Part shown: positions 26,211 through 40,930 of the stretch, in pieces
How positions within the stretch are numbered: position 1 is the stretch's first letter
Layout of the letters: the number at the start of each line of letters is the position of its first letter
Assembly (NCBI RefSeq): GCF_009914755.1
Contig: NC_060925.1
Direction: 5' to 3' (one strand)
Length of the DNA stretch: 64,000 bases
Source: the human T2T-CHM13v2.0 reference genome, Homo sapiens
Made by a program: the position numbers and the translations under genes
Notes under the pieces: model-generated
The model's database searches: none
Seen by the model: only the letters and a program-made list of their open reading frames with translations
Told to the model about the DNA's origin: nothing

Positions 26211-27619
26211 AGGGCCCTGCCCCCTTTCCATCTGCCGCTGCCCCAAATGGGGCACATCTGAAGTGGCCAAGAATGCAAGGTCAAAGCCACCAGGATGGGA
26301 TATAGGGGCCTTGTCCTCCCCTTCCCCTGTGGAATTGCTTGGTGATGTGGAGGGAAGCTGCAGCTTCTTGTCTGCCTGCAGCGGCAAGGCCGAGGCTCAG
26401 CAGAGGAGCGGCCGCCCACAGCCTGGCTTCCTGCCTACCTTGAAGACCCTGTAGCAGGCAGAGCAAGAGCTGTAGGGTGGGCATGGGGTCCCAGAGCTGG
26501 GCGACAAGGCAACAGGACCTGGTGGGGTTGGTACTGGGTTCTGCTGGCTTTGGAGTGGCTGTGGCAGCCCTGGGAGACATCGGGTTGGGAGCAGGAGAGC
26601 TGGGGACGGGCAGGCTGGATCGCACTCAGGCGCCTCCCAGTCTGAAAGCCTGGCCCCTCGGCTCGGGTCCTCCCTCTAGCTGGTGGAGTATCTGCCCTCC
26701 ACAGAGAGGAAAGACGGCAAGGAGCTTGGAAAGAAAAAGAATCCTTGAAAGCAGGAGAGAGCGAGCCTGGCCCAGGAAAGGCAGCTGGAGTGAGAAGGGA
26801 CACAGCTGAAGCCCCCACCCAGCCCACAGGAGCCAGGTCCGGCCTGAGGAGAGGCAACTTCCTGGGAATGTGCAGATGTGGGAGACTGGCGAGAAACTTG
26901 GTCCCCAAGTGCCTGAGTCCCCAGCCACATGCTCTCAGGTACCAGAGGACCAGGAGGGGCCAAGAGAGGTGGCAAATGGCTCTGCGGAGCCAACGCCACC
27001 AGCTTAGGAGCTGTTACCATGGGTGTCCTGGGGGGCTGGTGGGAATGGCCCGTCCAAGGCCAGGGCCCTGGAGAGGGGCTGAGGAAGGGCTGCCAGGTCA
27101 GGAGATGCCTGCCTGCCTGCCTGCCTGCCTGTCTGTGTCTGCAGATCCTCTGGGCTCCCTCCCCAACTCCACTGGGAGATGATGCCTCTCTGATGGTCTG
27201 TACCAGGCAGGTTTGGGGATCTATGCACTAAATGGCCTCTTACAATAAACAATGCACACTGGGATGAAGGTTCTGAAACGTCTCAAATCTGTTTAACTTT
27301 CGCCTTTCTCAAACTGAGCTGGCCAGGGATCCCTTTCATAAGGAACCAAGCTCTGCCCCGCCTCTGGGATGGGCTGCTTCAGGCAGAGGCTTGCCCACCT
27401 TGGGACCCAACCATGCTGTGTGCCCTTCCTGGGATGGTCTCTTCATTCCGCCTGGAAACCAGCCCAGCATCTTCAACCCTGGAGCCGGGTGTGAATCCTG
27501 ATTCACCACTGACTCACATCGACTCCTCTTTTGTAAAATGGGCCAATGTCCACCTCACAGCAGAGTTGCGGGGACCAAATTTCTCCCTGCAGCCCATGTT
27601 CAACCAGGCATTAAAAACA

Positions 27620-27905
27620 ACACAGTGAAAGAAGCCGGTCACAGGGTCTGCCTATCACCCATTTACACGAGATGTCCAGGAGAGACATATACACAGAGGC
27701 AGAAAGTGGATTGGCGGTTGCCTGGGGCTGGGGGACCAGTGGTGGCTAAGGGGTGGTGCTTCTTTTTGGTGAGATAAAAGGTTTTGAAATAGACTGTGGC
27801 GGGGGATGTCCACCTCTGTGAATAGAAGAAAACCTGCTGAATCGTATCCTGGAAGTGGGTGAACAGAACGGCATGTAATTACATCTCAGTAAAGCTGTTA
27901 AAAGA
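27620..27905 (+). mobile_element. ancient L1M 3'-end fragment
   Basis: gtgaaagaagcc...ggttgcctggggctggggg...aattacatctcagtaaagctgttaaaa. Confidence 0.7.
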
Positions 27906-28739
27906 GAAAACCTCCACAGTTGAGAGCTCTCTGTGGTGGGGGAGTAGTCAGGGCTGTCAACGCATAAGACTGGCCCTGAGCTAATAACTACACAGGAATT
28001 CTTTCTTCTCTTTACTTTTGCGTATATTTGACCTTTTCTATAATTAAAAAGCTAGAAAAGCAAAAAACTAACTAGACCTAGATCTAGGAAAACCAGCCCC
28101 TCCTTTCTTCCCTAGGCACCAATGATCTCCAGGCCCCAAAGAGACGGGGACTTGGCTTTACAAGCGGTGGGCTGCGGGCAGAGCTGAGGGAGCCGTCTGG
28201 GCTGTGCACAGGCGCGATTTTCCCCACTCCCCGCCAAGAGGCGCTAAGAGCTAACTCAGGACCATGCTCCTTCTGGTCCAGTTCATAGGTGTGTGATGGG
28301 CCCCAGGCCCCACGCACGCGGCACGGCCCGAACGGCAGGGAGATCTCCGCCCAAGAGCGAGAAAACCTCCAGGGCTTCATACAGCCCGGTCCTCACCTCT
28401 GCCAGCCACACGCAGCAGTGGAGCGGAGCCCTCGAGTCCCCTAACGATCTGGCCTCCATGACCACCTGGGAGTGGAATAGGAGTAACTTCCTACAGCTCT
28501 CGGCATCTTTACCAGAGATGTGACCACAGCCCTCCAGCCGCCGAGGGCGTGGGAGGACCACCCAACTCTGGGTCTGCAGAAGGCACTGCAGACGAGAGCC
28601 CTCCCACCCCTTTGCCCCCACATGGGCTGTGCACGTGGGGCAGGGACTACAGCGATAAGGGGATATTCCCTGCGCAACCCATGCTTAGGGCGCGGCAGGC
28701 TGTGCACATCAGGGTCTTCCCAACAACCCCACCAAGCAG

Positions 28740-28850
28740 CACAGAAATGATTGTCCACTTTTACCAATGAGGAAGTGAAGCACAGACAGGCTGAGTAACT
28801 TGCCCAAAGTGACACAGCGGGTAAGGGGAGAGCCTCCATTTAAACCTGGG
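28740..28850. mobile_element. MIR fragment
   Basis: ccacttttaccaatgaggaagtgaagcacaga...taacttgcccaaagtgacacagc. Confidence 0.65.
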
Positions 28851-31248
28851 CATGGGGGCTGCCCTCCAGGTCGTCCTATGCCGAGGGACTTTTAGGGGTG
28901 GGACTCGTCCATGGGAAGTGAGGAAGGCGATGGACCTGCAGCGTGTCCACGATGAACCAGGGTCAGGGGCTTCCCTGCCTCCCCTCACCTCACCCCGGCC
29001 CTCGGCACAGCCTAGGAGCACTTGCTGAGCTTGGCCTCCCCCAGGCGGGGGCCCTGCCCTGCCCTCAGCCATATTATCCCAAACCACTACAGCTGCTCCC
29101 ACCCCAGCGGCCACCAGGCCATCGAGCATTCCCAATGCCACAGGCCGAGGGCTGTGACTGCTTCTCTCGAGGTCAGTTAATACACAGCCTGAGGCGGGCA
29201 CGAGCCCAGGTGCAGGTCATTCTCAGGGTCGGCTCCAGGCTGAGGGAGAATCTGGTGCCCAGCAACGGGCCCCAAGGCGGCTCTGATGTGGCCCTGCTCT
29301 TTAATATTTGCAGCAAACTCATCAGCCAGGCTCTGCCCTCAGACAAAGCAAATGCTGTCTGATGATGGATGGATGTGTGGGAGCCTGAGAGCCTGTGAGG
29401 GCCCCACTGCTCTTCCCGTCTCCCGGGATGGTAGTATCTGCTGGATGTTCCAGGCTCTGAGACAGAGTCCAGACCAGCCCAGGAGCCTCAACGTCACTGC
29501 GTGGAGTGCCCGCCCATAAGCGCTGCCCTCCCAAGGTGCGGGCGGCCTTCCTCCCTGAGTGCCCAGGGGCGCCCTTCCAGGGTGAAGGTTTATGAAGATG
29601 GCAGTCAAGGGCAGGGATGTCCCAGGTGCCTGAGGACCCAGGCTCACCACCCAGGGGGAGGTGGAACAAAGGGCCGCGGGGCGGTGTCTGTCCCATGGTA
29701 GGTTACGGGCTCACTGCTGGTGGGCAGCCAGCCTCCCCAGGTCATGGCTTTGCTAAATAGTTCTCCTACCCAAGTGACAAAGGGGCCACCCTGTCCCGCT
29801 GGGTGAGAAGCTGACAGAGCAAGACAGATGTCTCCAGCACAAGGCCCCACCCACGGCCCGGCTGCTGCCTCCTCGCAGCCATCTCCCTCCACCCAGCAAA
29901 GTAAATAAATGCATACGCTGTTGGCTGTTGCTGTTTTTAATGGAGGGTTGGGGGTGGGTGGAGGACGAAAGAACGCTCTGCGGGAAGACAGATGTCTCTC
30001 TCAAGTCCCCGAGGCTGCTGGTGGGGGAAGGACTGGAGCCTCTGGGGCACTGGCCAGTGGTGCCAGCTGCCGGGCACCCACCTGTGGCCTCAGGCAGGCT
30101 CCTCCGAGCCTCTGGGGCTCCCCAAGAATATGCCAGAGAGAAAGGATGAGGTGGCAAAGGGCAGCTCAGGGCACATGACCCCCATGTATCCCGGGCACCT
30201 GCCTGATGGAAGGGATGGGGCAGCATGGCCAGGAGCAGGACTCTGAGTCCCACGGGCCCAGCTGTGTGGCCCAGGGCCAGGTTTGTTCACCTGGAAACAG
30301 GAACTCAACAAAGTGACATGGCAAAGTGCTTCCTATGGTGCCGGTGCACGTGAGCTCCTACGTGTGTGTGCACATGTGTCTGCGGTCCCTGGTGCATGTG
30401 TGTGTGTCTGTGTGGTGGTCCTGCTGTCCTCAGAAATACCTGAGGCCAAGTGCAGCCTGGGAACTGCTCCAAGGACTGTCCTGCTGGTGTGTGGCTGCCC
30501 CAAAGGAGGGCCAGATGGCCCGGGGTCACCTTAACGCAGCGGGCCCTTTAGGATGTCACACCCACACATGGGGACGCAGGGGTGGGGAGGGTCCCAAGGT
30601 AGCAGGTTGACAGTACGCTCCCTCCCTGGTGCTCAGGGAGCACCGCCTGGCACTCAGCACCAAGCCCCTGGCTCCCCTGCAGCCTAGTGGCTGCCTGGGC
30701 CTGGGGTCTGCATCTTTTTCCTCCCTCCACTTAGTGCTTCCTGCCACTGCTGTCTTCTGGGCTCTCTTCCACTGGAGGGGAAGCCTGTGGCTTTCAGAGC
30801 CAAGTGCTGCAAACCAAATGTTTTCCACTTTGCATTTTCTGTGCTTGGAGAACACACATTTGGAACATGGTATGGAGGACGAGTGACTAAGTTCCACCCT
30901 CGGTAAAATCAATAGCTTGTCCTTTTTGTAATTAATGAATGGCGTAAAAAGGGTTTCCAGTGGTGATATAACAACTTCCTGTAAGCCTGAGGGACACAGA
31001 CCTTCTTAATTAGGAAGCCACGTAGCATGCCCTCTCCCTGTTATAACAGGAGACAAGAGGGGTCTTGGGATAATCACAAAAGCAATGAAAACATCTCATT
31101 ATTGAGGACACTCAGCACGGCCGGGCGAGGGGCCTTGTGCATGGAGAAGCCAGCAATGATGAGCTTAGCACCAGGACCACCAGCCTCACAAGCACCTGTG
31201 CCCCCAGGGTCTTGCTCCACCTGAGGACCTTGCCTTAGCGGAGCCTGT

Positions 31249-31290
31249 CCGCCATCCGCTGTGGCCTCTCCGCCATCCGCTGTGGCCTCT
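31249..31290. repeat. perfect 21-bp tandem duplication
   Basis: ccgccatccgctgtggcctct x2. Confidence 0.88.
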
Positions 31291-31819
31291 CCCAGCAGCT
31301 GCAGGCCTGGGTTAATTACCTCCTCCTCCACACCCACCCAGGACTGCACCAGCCTCCAGCAGAAAGCAGCCGGAAGTCTCAAATAATGAGATCATTGTGG
31401 AGAGTCATAAACACCCTCACCAGGGGCTCCCCTCACCCAGCAGCACCGGCTCAGACTCCGAAAGAACTGCCCCCAAGTGGGGCCAAGAAAGGAGGCGTAA
31501 AGGCCAACGGGAGGCTGCTGGCGGAGGCAGGGAGATCGTCACCACAAAGGGGAGAAAAGGCATTGGGACTTGGGCCTGGGTGGTGGCCTCTCAGGAGCCC
31601 CTCCTGCAGGCACGGAGTGCCGTGGTCCCGGGACGCTCGGCTCACAGCTCTTGTGCCGGAGTGTGGACATGGCGGTCCCCACCCTACAACACCAATAATG
31701 ATCATAGCTGTCACCTGCTGAGTGCCCACTGTGGGCTAGGCCTGGGCCAGAAGCCGCGTGCTCATGGCACACCTCTGCTGTGCGTGTGCCCACTCTGTGC
31801 TATGCCCTGTGGAGCCCTT

Positions 31820-31912
31820 CCTGTCCTGCTGGAGGCCAGCACCATGCCTGGACATAGCAGGGGCACAGGAGGTGTTTGCTGGATGGATGAATGAATGAAT
31901 GAATGAATGATC
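31820..31912 (+). mobile_element. L2 3' end with (TGAA)n tail
   Basis: agcaccatgcctggacatagcag...tgtttgctggatggatgaatgaatgaat. Confidence 0.6.
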
Positions 31913-34900
31913 AAACAAATGAAGATCAAAAAGGCTTAATTCTAAATAGGGATGGTCTTTATGTTAACAATTCAAAACCAGTACTTCTGCTCAATGAACA
32001 CTGGCATCATCTGTCCCCAATCAATTCCAGGGGGCTCAGACCATGGAGGGTCTGAACAGGAGCCTGCAACAGTGACAAAGATGAGATGAGAGTGTCCAGC
32101 ACACCTAGGCTTGGCCATCCCCCTGGAGATGGGCCAGCTCTGTGGCCATGCTGGGGACTTGCTTCTGATCCTGCACACACAGGTGGGGAGGGCTCTGCAT
32201 CCTTTCTACCACCGTGTGGGGCACAGGGCCTGTTTCTTCCTGCACCTTTGCTTGCAGGGCTCAAGATGTGTGTCTGGCCGCAAAGAGCCTTTGCCAGGAC
32301 ACTCCACACCCCTTGCTGAGAGCGCCGAGCCAAGTGGGCGGCCTCCAGCCCCAGGATACTCCAGGCATGAACTCGCCCTGCTGAAAAACTCCAAGTCCCA
32401 TGGCCAGGACCTCACATGGGCCCAACAACCTTTCCAGGCCTCCCTGACAGATCTCTCGCTCACCTTCCGCAGCACCCTGGGTCTAGCCGGGATGCTCCCT
32501 CGGTTCACTGAATCCTCTGGAAATCCCACCCACGGGCCTCTCCTGGTACAGCCCCCCTCCTGGCAGTGCTCACTCTGTCCGTGTCACAAATCTGACAGCA
32601 GTGGGGACAGAGAGGCCCCAAGGCTCCATCCCACACTCTGTTGTATGCCCCCCAGGCCTGGCTCTGAGCAGAGCCTTCTGTAAACCTCCAGGGGGAGAAC
32701 ATGAGCAGCTCACTGTGCCCAGGTGGGTTTTTAACCCCCCGCAGCCGGTTAGGCCACAGTGGCATCAGAAGAGCTACCTACCAGTGCCGCTCAGAAGGGC
32801 CAGTGTGTGGCTGTCTGGACACAGTGGATCTTTCAGAGATATATGCAGAGCAGAAACATGAAAGGTGGCTGGAGAAAGAGTCTGGGCTCAGGCAGAGGGA
32901 AGGCGAGAGCCAGGCTGGAGGGGAGGGCTACATGCTCTCATCTGCGCCAACCTCCTTCTCAGCACCCATGCTCGGGTTCTAGGCACATGGGACTCACTGG
33001 CCACCGGATGTTCCTAAGCGCTAACCAATGAGGCGACAGGGGCAGCTTCAGGATGCAGGTATTTTCCCATCACAAGACTGACTCCCGCTAAATGCAGGCA
33101 AAAGGAACAGAGAGCACGACACTGGATTCTGAGCCTCATGAATATTCCAGTCCATGACTCACGCCTGTGGGCTGGCAGCAAGGTGGGGGCAGGAGGGGGG
33201 CAGGGCTTCCCTCACTAATGGCCAAACGCGGCAGGCGGTTCACCAAGCCCTTCCAGGAACACACCGTCAACCTTCTGCACTCCAGTAACAGCTGAATTTC
33301 CTAAATTAGTCAACAATTAAAAAATTATTCCAAAAGTCCAATCTTGGCCAAACAAACAAAGGAAGCCAGTGTAAGAGCCCGCACACGGGCGCAGCGGTGC
33401 CCATCCCAGGGCGAGTGCAGAGGCTGCGCGCGGCCACCACACAGTGCTTCCGCCCACTCTTTTGCTAGTGAAATTCTCTGGGAGTAGGTGCGGCCCCTCC
33501 CTGCCAGCAGGAGCCTGTGGCAACGGGGTGTCTAGGATGTCGAGGCAGCAGAGACCCTAGGGCCCTGCCCCGTGACAAAGGCCCCACGTGGGGACCTCTT
33601 TCTCTGTCCTACATCCTGGGACCGGACCTCTCTTCTTGTCCTGGTCCGGCCTGGACACGGTCAGGAATGGCCACCTCTGCTCCTGAGGCTTCTTCGAGAG
33701 GAACGGGGCCCATGCGAGGACCCCAGGCCCCTCTGCACACCGTGCCTGGGGGTCAGGCAGGTCCTGGGGGTGGGGAGCAGCAGGCACCATCATGGAAAGC
33801 TTGCCCCATGCTTCCTCCTAAGTGCAAAGGGGCGAGGGACCTTCCAATTACAGCATCACTGAGAAGGCACGGAGAGGGAACTTGGGGTAACAGCCTGGCG
33901 ACGGCTCAAGACAGCCACAGCCAAGAGGCATCTCCAGCCTGCTCTGTCTGCAGCCCCCACATCAGTGCGTCACAAAGCTGTGGCCCTCAGCACTGCATGG
34001 CAGACAACTTCCAGAAGGCTGCAGAGGGCCTTTCAGCTGACTTAAGCCCTGGGGCCCATCCCGCCCCTCCAGCTGAACAGCAGGTCAAACAGTGCCCTCC
34101 TTCCGGACGCTCCAGCCCATGCCACGCTGTCCTCTCGGCTGGCGCGGGGCTTACCCGGCCCCTGCACTCATGCAGGTGAACCAGCTGAGGCCAGGAGAAG
34201 GAGGTCATAGGGCAGCAGCAGAAGCGAGGTGGGCACCATGTTCCAGAGCCTTCTGAAAGTTGTGTGGGTCTGTGCTGAGGCCACGCCTCACATAAGGCCC
34301 CAGCAGAGGCAAAAGAATCAAACTGGAGTGGAAAACTTTCCACTAAAATGTGCCCCAACCCCCACACTCCACAGTGGCCTGTGGAGGTTCAGTCACCTGC
34401 CCAGCACTGGTCCTGAGATCATCTGGGGCTGAAGCAAAGGCCCTGGGCTGAGCGCGGTGTGGGTGGGCGGCGCAGTGCAGGTGGGCAGCGCGTTGGGACT
34501 CCCAGGGTTTAGGTTCTTGCACAGAAGGGTTCTCAGGCAGGGCTCCTCCCAGGACCCCACAGTAGGGCCTGGCTGGGAGAAAGCACAGTGGCATCGATGA
34601 CAGCAGTGAGCGGCCCCCTTTCCCAGTCAGTGAAGTCACAGATGGGCCTGCTGGCCGTGCGACCCCTGGCGAGTGACTCCCTGCCTGGTGCCCGCCTCCT
34701 GTCTGGGGATGGGAAGCATCTGTGAGCAGACACACCAGCTCGCAGAGGGGTTGGCGTTCCCTGAAGCCTCCGGCTTCAATGACCTGTACCCAGGCACCAC
34801 CCAAGAGGAAGCCTCCCCTGCCCCTCCAGTCCCTTGCCCACCCAGGAGACAGGCAGCAGCCTCTGCATCCAGCTGCCCTGGCTTCCTAACCAGAAAACAA

Positions 34901-34991
34901 ACCTGCTGAGAATGGCCCCCGGCCTGGTAGGGCTCCCTCAACCTGAAGGAGCCCAAGGGTCTCAGGGCCTCTTCTAGGTCGGGGCACGTCA

Positions 34992-35662
<671 letters not shown>

Positions 35663-37574
35663 TCAGCCCTGACAGCCATGGAACAGGCTACAGGCTTCTC
35701 CCTGGTCAGGGGCCTCAGCGAGCCCCTCACCCCGCCCTGTCTACACCTCCTCCTCAGGCCCAGGCTGGGACCCACAAGTTCTCAGCCCCAACTCCCTGGG
35801 CCTGTAGAGGCTACAATGCCCACGCCTGCAAGAATCAGAGGCAAGTACAGCCCCCACCTGAGGTGCCAGGGACGTCCTCCGCTTCAGCAGACACACGGCT
35901 CTGACCCTCCTGCAGGCTGAAAAGCCTTCCCACATCTGTCTGCTGCCGCCTGCGTCCTGCTGTCCCTCCCCACAAGCCACTTCTCCAGCCCCCTTCGGCC
36001 CAAGGTCAGAGGGCACTGCCACGGGGAGGCCTGCCTCTACGCGCTGAGTTGGCCTCTTCTAATACGAGACCGAGACCGGGAAGTGCTGGCAGCTGCCCGG
36101 AGCGGGTGCGGCAGCCCCCAGCATAAAATATTCATGGAGACGCAACTCCAAGCAGAGAGGCTGCATCCGTGTCAGCCAGGCCCTGGGGAAGGGAGCTAAA
36201 AATAGACAGGAGGCTGAAGAAAGCTGACGTGGGGATGAGGGAGGCGACTGGGAGTAGGAGGAGGGGCCGCCAGGGCACATCTGGAGGGACGGAACGCACA
36301 TGCAGGTTCACCGCACGGAGCACACACGTGCTCCCAGCCCAGAACTCGTGCTCATGTGGGCAGTCCCCAAGTGAGAGCTGAAAATCCCTCTCCGGGCAGC
36401 CTGCCCCGCCAGTGGCTATTTCTATCAACATCAACATTGACATCCATGGGCCCCAGGACACCTCAGTGAAGAATCAAAGACCATCTTTAATGAGTGAGAA
36501 ATAACAGCGTAGATCAACATGACGCGGCCACACCCAGGGGATGGGCTGCCATTCCCTCCATTCAAGCTGGCGCCCTTCCCTGCCCCTCTGCAGCCCCTTC
36601 CCCCAGGGCTGGCCCTCCTCCTGCACTCTGACCACCCCCCCCCAGGGTATGGAGTTCTGGAAGGGGCGGCCCCAGGACTGCTCCCCAGCTGGCTCTGGGA
36701 AGGTCACAGGCGCGGCCCCAAAAGCCTCCGTGACCGCAGGCTGCTATCCACACAAGGGTGGACCCCCTCAGGTTGGACTCTATAGGGAGTGGGGAACGTG
36801 AGGCACAGAGGTCCCCTCCCTGAGAGCCCATGGATCGCTGGCCCCTCGTGGTCACTGCACTGGTCTCCCTGAACCAGCTGAGTGCTGGGGTAGGTGCAGT
36901 GGTCCTGACCCCACAACCAGTGTGCACAGCCCAGCTGGGGGCAGCCGGGAGAGGGAACCGTCATTGGTGGGCAAACACCAACCACGCCTGCAGCCGCTGC
37001 CAACCTGGGAGGATGCCCCCCACTATCAGCTTTGAAGGGCTGCTATTGGGAGATGCCCCAGGGCACCCCATCAACCTGCACTGAAGCCTGTTCAAAGCAC
37101 AGGTCACCCAGATCCTCCTCTACTTTACGCCCATATGCGTGAGCCCCATAGACTCCCACCAGCCCTCTCTCCCCAGCCCTGCCCCGTCCTAGCCGGGTGG
37201 CCTCGGGTGTGTCACTGTCCCCAAGCTCCCCCGTTACAGACAGTGGCTCTGCGCCTTTGGCCCTCGCCGTTCCCTTCACCTGAATGGTCCCCACAAGACA
37301 GCTCCTGCCCTTCCTCCCTGACTCCAGGCCTCCGCTGAGGCTTTCCTTGGGAAGGAACATATTTAAAATTGTACCTGTCCCCCGGCACACTCCGATCCCC
37401 TCATTCCCTGCTGTCTTCTTCGTGACCCTGGACACCATTCAACTTCCTCTATCTTCACTGTTTGTTTACTCCTCCCTCTGAGAGGGTGTGAGGCCCCAGG
37501 GAGAGCAGGTGAACAGCAGCAGATGATGAAGGCCCCCCATCTTCACCCACCCCACATGGTGGGCACCGTGTCCA

Positions 37575-37680
37575 TCACCACCGTACAGATGAGGAAACCG
37601 AGGCACATAGAAAGTGCGTGCCTAAGGCCACACAGCTAGTAAGTTTAGAGCTCTGGCTGACCCGGGCAGCCAGGCGCCTG
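37575..37680. mobile_element. MIR fragment
   Basis: tacagatgaggaaaccgaggcacataga...cctaaggccacacagctagtaagt. Confidence 0.7.
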
Positions 37681-40600
37681 CTCCTGGATATGTGAGCCTG
37701 ACAGTCCACGCAGCGTCTGCAGTGGCGGGGGGTGGTTGGGAGGGGGTCTGGGGTGGCGGAGGCGACGCTTCTCTAGAGCGGTTGTGGGTGCCCTTCTAAG
37801 GAAAAAACGTCTGAGAAGTGCTGTAGCTCCAGGAGGCTCTGGGGAGGGTGGTCCAGATGGGAGCAGCAGGTGCACAGGCGCCGGGCAGGAGTGAGCTTGC
37901 TGCACCCACACCCAGGGCATGGAGGAGCCACCGTGCATTTCGGTGGGAGAGGGAGCAACTCGGATTTTGATGACCAGTTTCCTGGGCTGCAGGGAAGGGT
38001 CACATTGAGAGCACCAGGAACAGAGGAAGGAGCAGCTGAGGACTGAGCAGGGGCCCCATGGGGACGGGGCAGTAAGAGCTGTTCGGGAGAGGAGTGGAGC
38101 GGCACTGGGTGGGCGTGGGCATGGGGGGAGTAGGGAGGAGCCAGCTGGGTTCCCAGACTTCCAGAGCAGCACAGAGGCGGAGAGGGATTTTTTTGCGGGT
38201 GTGATAATGAGTTCCATTCAGGACAAACTGTATTTGTGATGCTTTTGGGAACCCTGTTGAGGGGCAGCACTGGCCAAGTCAATTTGGGAGTCAATACAAC
38301 ACACAGGCGATGCTCGAGGCACAGACCATGGATCTGACCACCCCAGGAGAGAAGGGCCACAGGTTAGGACATGTCAAAGCCAAGGGTTCGGGGACCGTGT
38401 GGTGGCCGGGGAGGCTGGAGTATCCCTACAGACACTACAGGGTCCCCCATCCAGGGAGCGCAGGCTTCACTGAGGGCCTGGTCAGCTGTGCTACAGACAG
38501 GGAGCGGACAGCAGACAGGGCGTGTCCTTGCGTCTGTCCATGCTGCCCGCAGAGGGAAGACAGAACTGGGAAAGTTTGTCCAGGAGGCAGGAAGAGGTAG
38601 GGGGCGGGGAAGGAGAGAGCTTCGGAAATGTGCCTGGGTCAGGTGGGGGATTCAGCATCAGGACAGACAGCAGCCACGCTGAAAAGCGTCATGGGAGGGG
38701 CGTCGGGTCCATGGGGAGAGACCAGAGCGGGCCCAGGTGGGAGTGGAGCCCATACTTCATGGCCGAGAAAAGCAGGCAAGTTTGGAGAAGGCGTGTCCAA
38801 GGTGAAAGGAGAACCAGACACAGGGCTGAAGGTCAAGGACAGAGGAGGCTGGAGCCTCATAGCAGGGTCAGGGGCTGAGGAACGACTGCGGACCAGCCCA
38901 GGCGACGTGGAGGGAGGACACCATCCTGCCAAGGGCCGATGGGTGGCACGGTGGGCCAGGGCAAGGCGGGTAGGCTTACAAGTAAATGGGGAGGGGTGGG
39001 GGCAGATGAGGGAGGAAGGAGCAGGCAGCAGAGCCAGCCCTGATGGGGCAGGAGGGTGGCAGCCTAGGGTACTTTGCCACAGAAGAGGCTGTGGGGCTGA
39101 AGGCATGGAGCAGTCCTCGCACCAGAAGGGGAGCATGCCTCGTAAGCCCCAAGTCAAAGAGGGGCCTGGTCACGAGAGTCATGCAAGGGTGGGTCACAGG
39201 CATTGTGTTAGTGCCGTGCTGGGGGCACCCACCACTCACTTTCCTTCCTTTCAGCCTGGCCGAGTCCTCCTCATCCATCAAGTCCAGGTTCACCATCAGC
39301 TCCTCTACTCAGCCCACCCGACCTGGGAGAGGCCGGCACCCAACTCCAGCGAAGAGCTGGCCTGGAGTTGGCAGCGGAGGGTACTCGCTGGGCCTGACAG
39401 CTCACACACCACACCTGGCGCTACCACCACGGGCCCTGGTGAGGCATGAGCTCCTCCACTCCAGGAAGGGGCAGGGCTGGGAGAGGGGCTTGGAGGGGCC
39501 TCAGCCTCGACTGGGAAACAAAGCAGCTGGGGCGACTCGGCGGCCCTCCTCAGCCATGTGGGGAAGCGACAGGCCGTGCTCCAGGCTCTGAGAGGAATGG
39601 GTTTTCAGTGCATGTTCGCCCCAGAGATTTCAGTGCACGCTCCTCTCCGGGAGGCTGAGCAGCAAATGCTTGCGGATCTGCGTGGGGAGCAGACGCCGCG
39701 GGGGCAGGGGCCTCGAGAACCTCTGGAATCAGGGGTCAGCCTCGCAGGGCCGTGGTGCCTGCCTGGCCACTTCCATGAGAACGCCAGCTCCCAAGAGGCC
39801 TGCGGGCACCCGCCTGCTCCCAGCTGCTCTGTTCCCGCATCCTCGCTCCCCGGAGGGGCAGGAAGCTCCTACAGCTCTGCTTTCCTCTTGCTCCCCTCAG
39901 TGACAGACACAAGAGCTGGTTCAAAGAGAAATCAGGACCACCCCAAAGGCTGCAGAGCCCCTGGGGTCAGCCAGGATGGGGAACCTCTGTTCTTATGACA
40001 GAGACAGGGAAGCTGCCTCTTTGGGCCGCGCGAACCCTGTCGATGTCTGTGACCCTACAGAGTCCATGCCAGGCGGAGAACCACCAGCTCTCAAACGTGG
40101 CAGAGCTCAGGGGATGTGGACACCTGGGGGCAGCAGCCCCTGTGAACGAGTGCGTGTGGCCTGCACACGCCCACCCCACCTGCCCTGCATGAGGAGGAGA
40201 AAGGCCAAGGGGCTGGGACCCTCAGCCCAGAGCCCACCAGCCTGGCTTGGTCTCATCAGGCAGGACCTGCAGGCCAGGACCACCTGGAGGGAGCCCACCC
40301 CTCCAGCTTCCCAGCAGGCCCTTCAGCAGAGGATGGGGGACCCAGGGCACGGTCCTCATCCCCCTCCAGCATTCTTACACAATGCCAGGGAACACCAAGG
40401 CGCCACACTCAGAGGCGACCTGGACGCCCAGGCAGCAGCCATGCTAAGGCGCTCTTAAAGGGGTCTGTCTCTCTTGTCCTGTCTGCCCAGCCCCACCCCA
40501 CGGGCCCTGGGAGTACAGCCCAAAGGCCTACCCGCTGGTTATGAAGCGTTCCTTCTCAAGGCCTCACCGGATCAGCCCCGCAGCCCGAGGTCACCGGTCA

Positions 40601-40745
40601 CGGCAGTGGCCAGGCCCAGCCCTACTCTGACCCCTACTGACAGGACAGGACTCATGCAGGCACAGATTCCCCCTGGAGGCCCAAACACAGGGACCCTAGG
40701 GCTGCCTGGCAGGGAGGGGCCGCCGTTCCAAGGATGCGCACTCAC

Positions 40746-40930
40746 CACCAGCTGGGGCACAGGCAGCGACCTGCCTTCCTGGCTCAGCGACACGTAGGTG
40801 AAGAAGGCACTGGCGGCCCGGTAGCGCTTCTGAGAGCTGTCCACAACAGGGTCGGCGTCCACCAACACCTCGATCTCCATGGACTTATTGCTCGTGAAGG
40901 TCATGCGTCCCGAGATGGTGATGACGCAGC
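40746..40930 (-). CDS. ACOT7: ACOT7 penultimate exon (second hotdog domain beta-strands)
   Basis: ctccacag| acceptor and GTG|GTGAGT donor; GCVITISGRMTFTSNKSMEIEVLVDAD...AFFTYVSLSQEGRSLPVPQLV. Confidence 0.96.

Noticed and set aside
38628-39591. 273-aa and 182-aa intronic ORFs
   Set aside because: G-rich unstructured translations without recognisable homology
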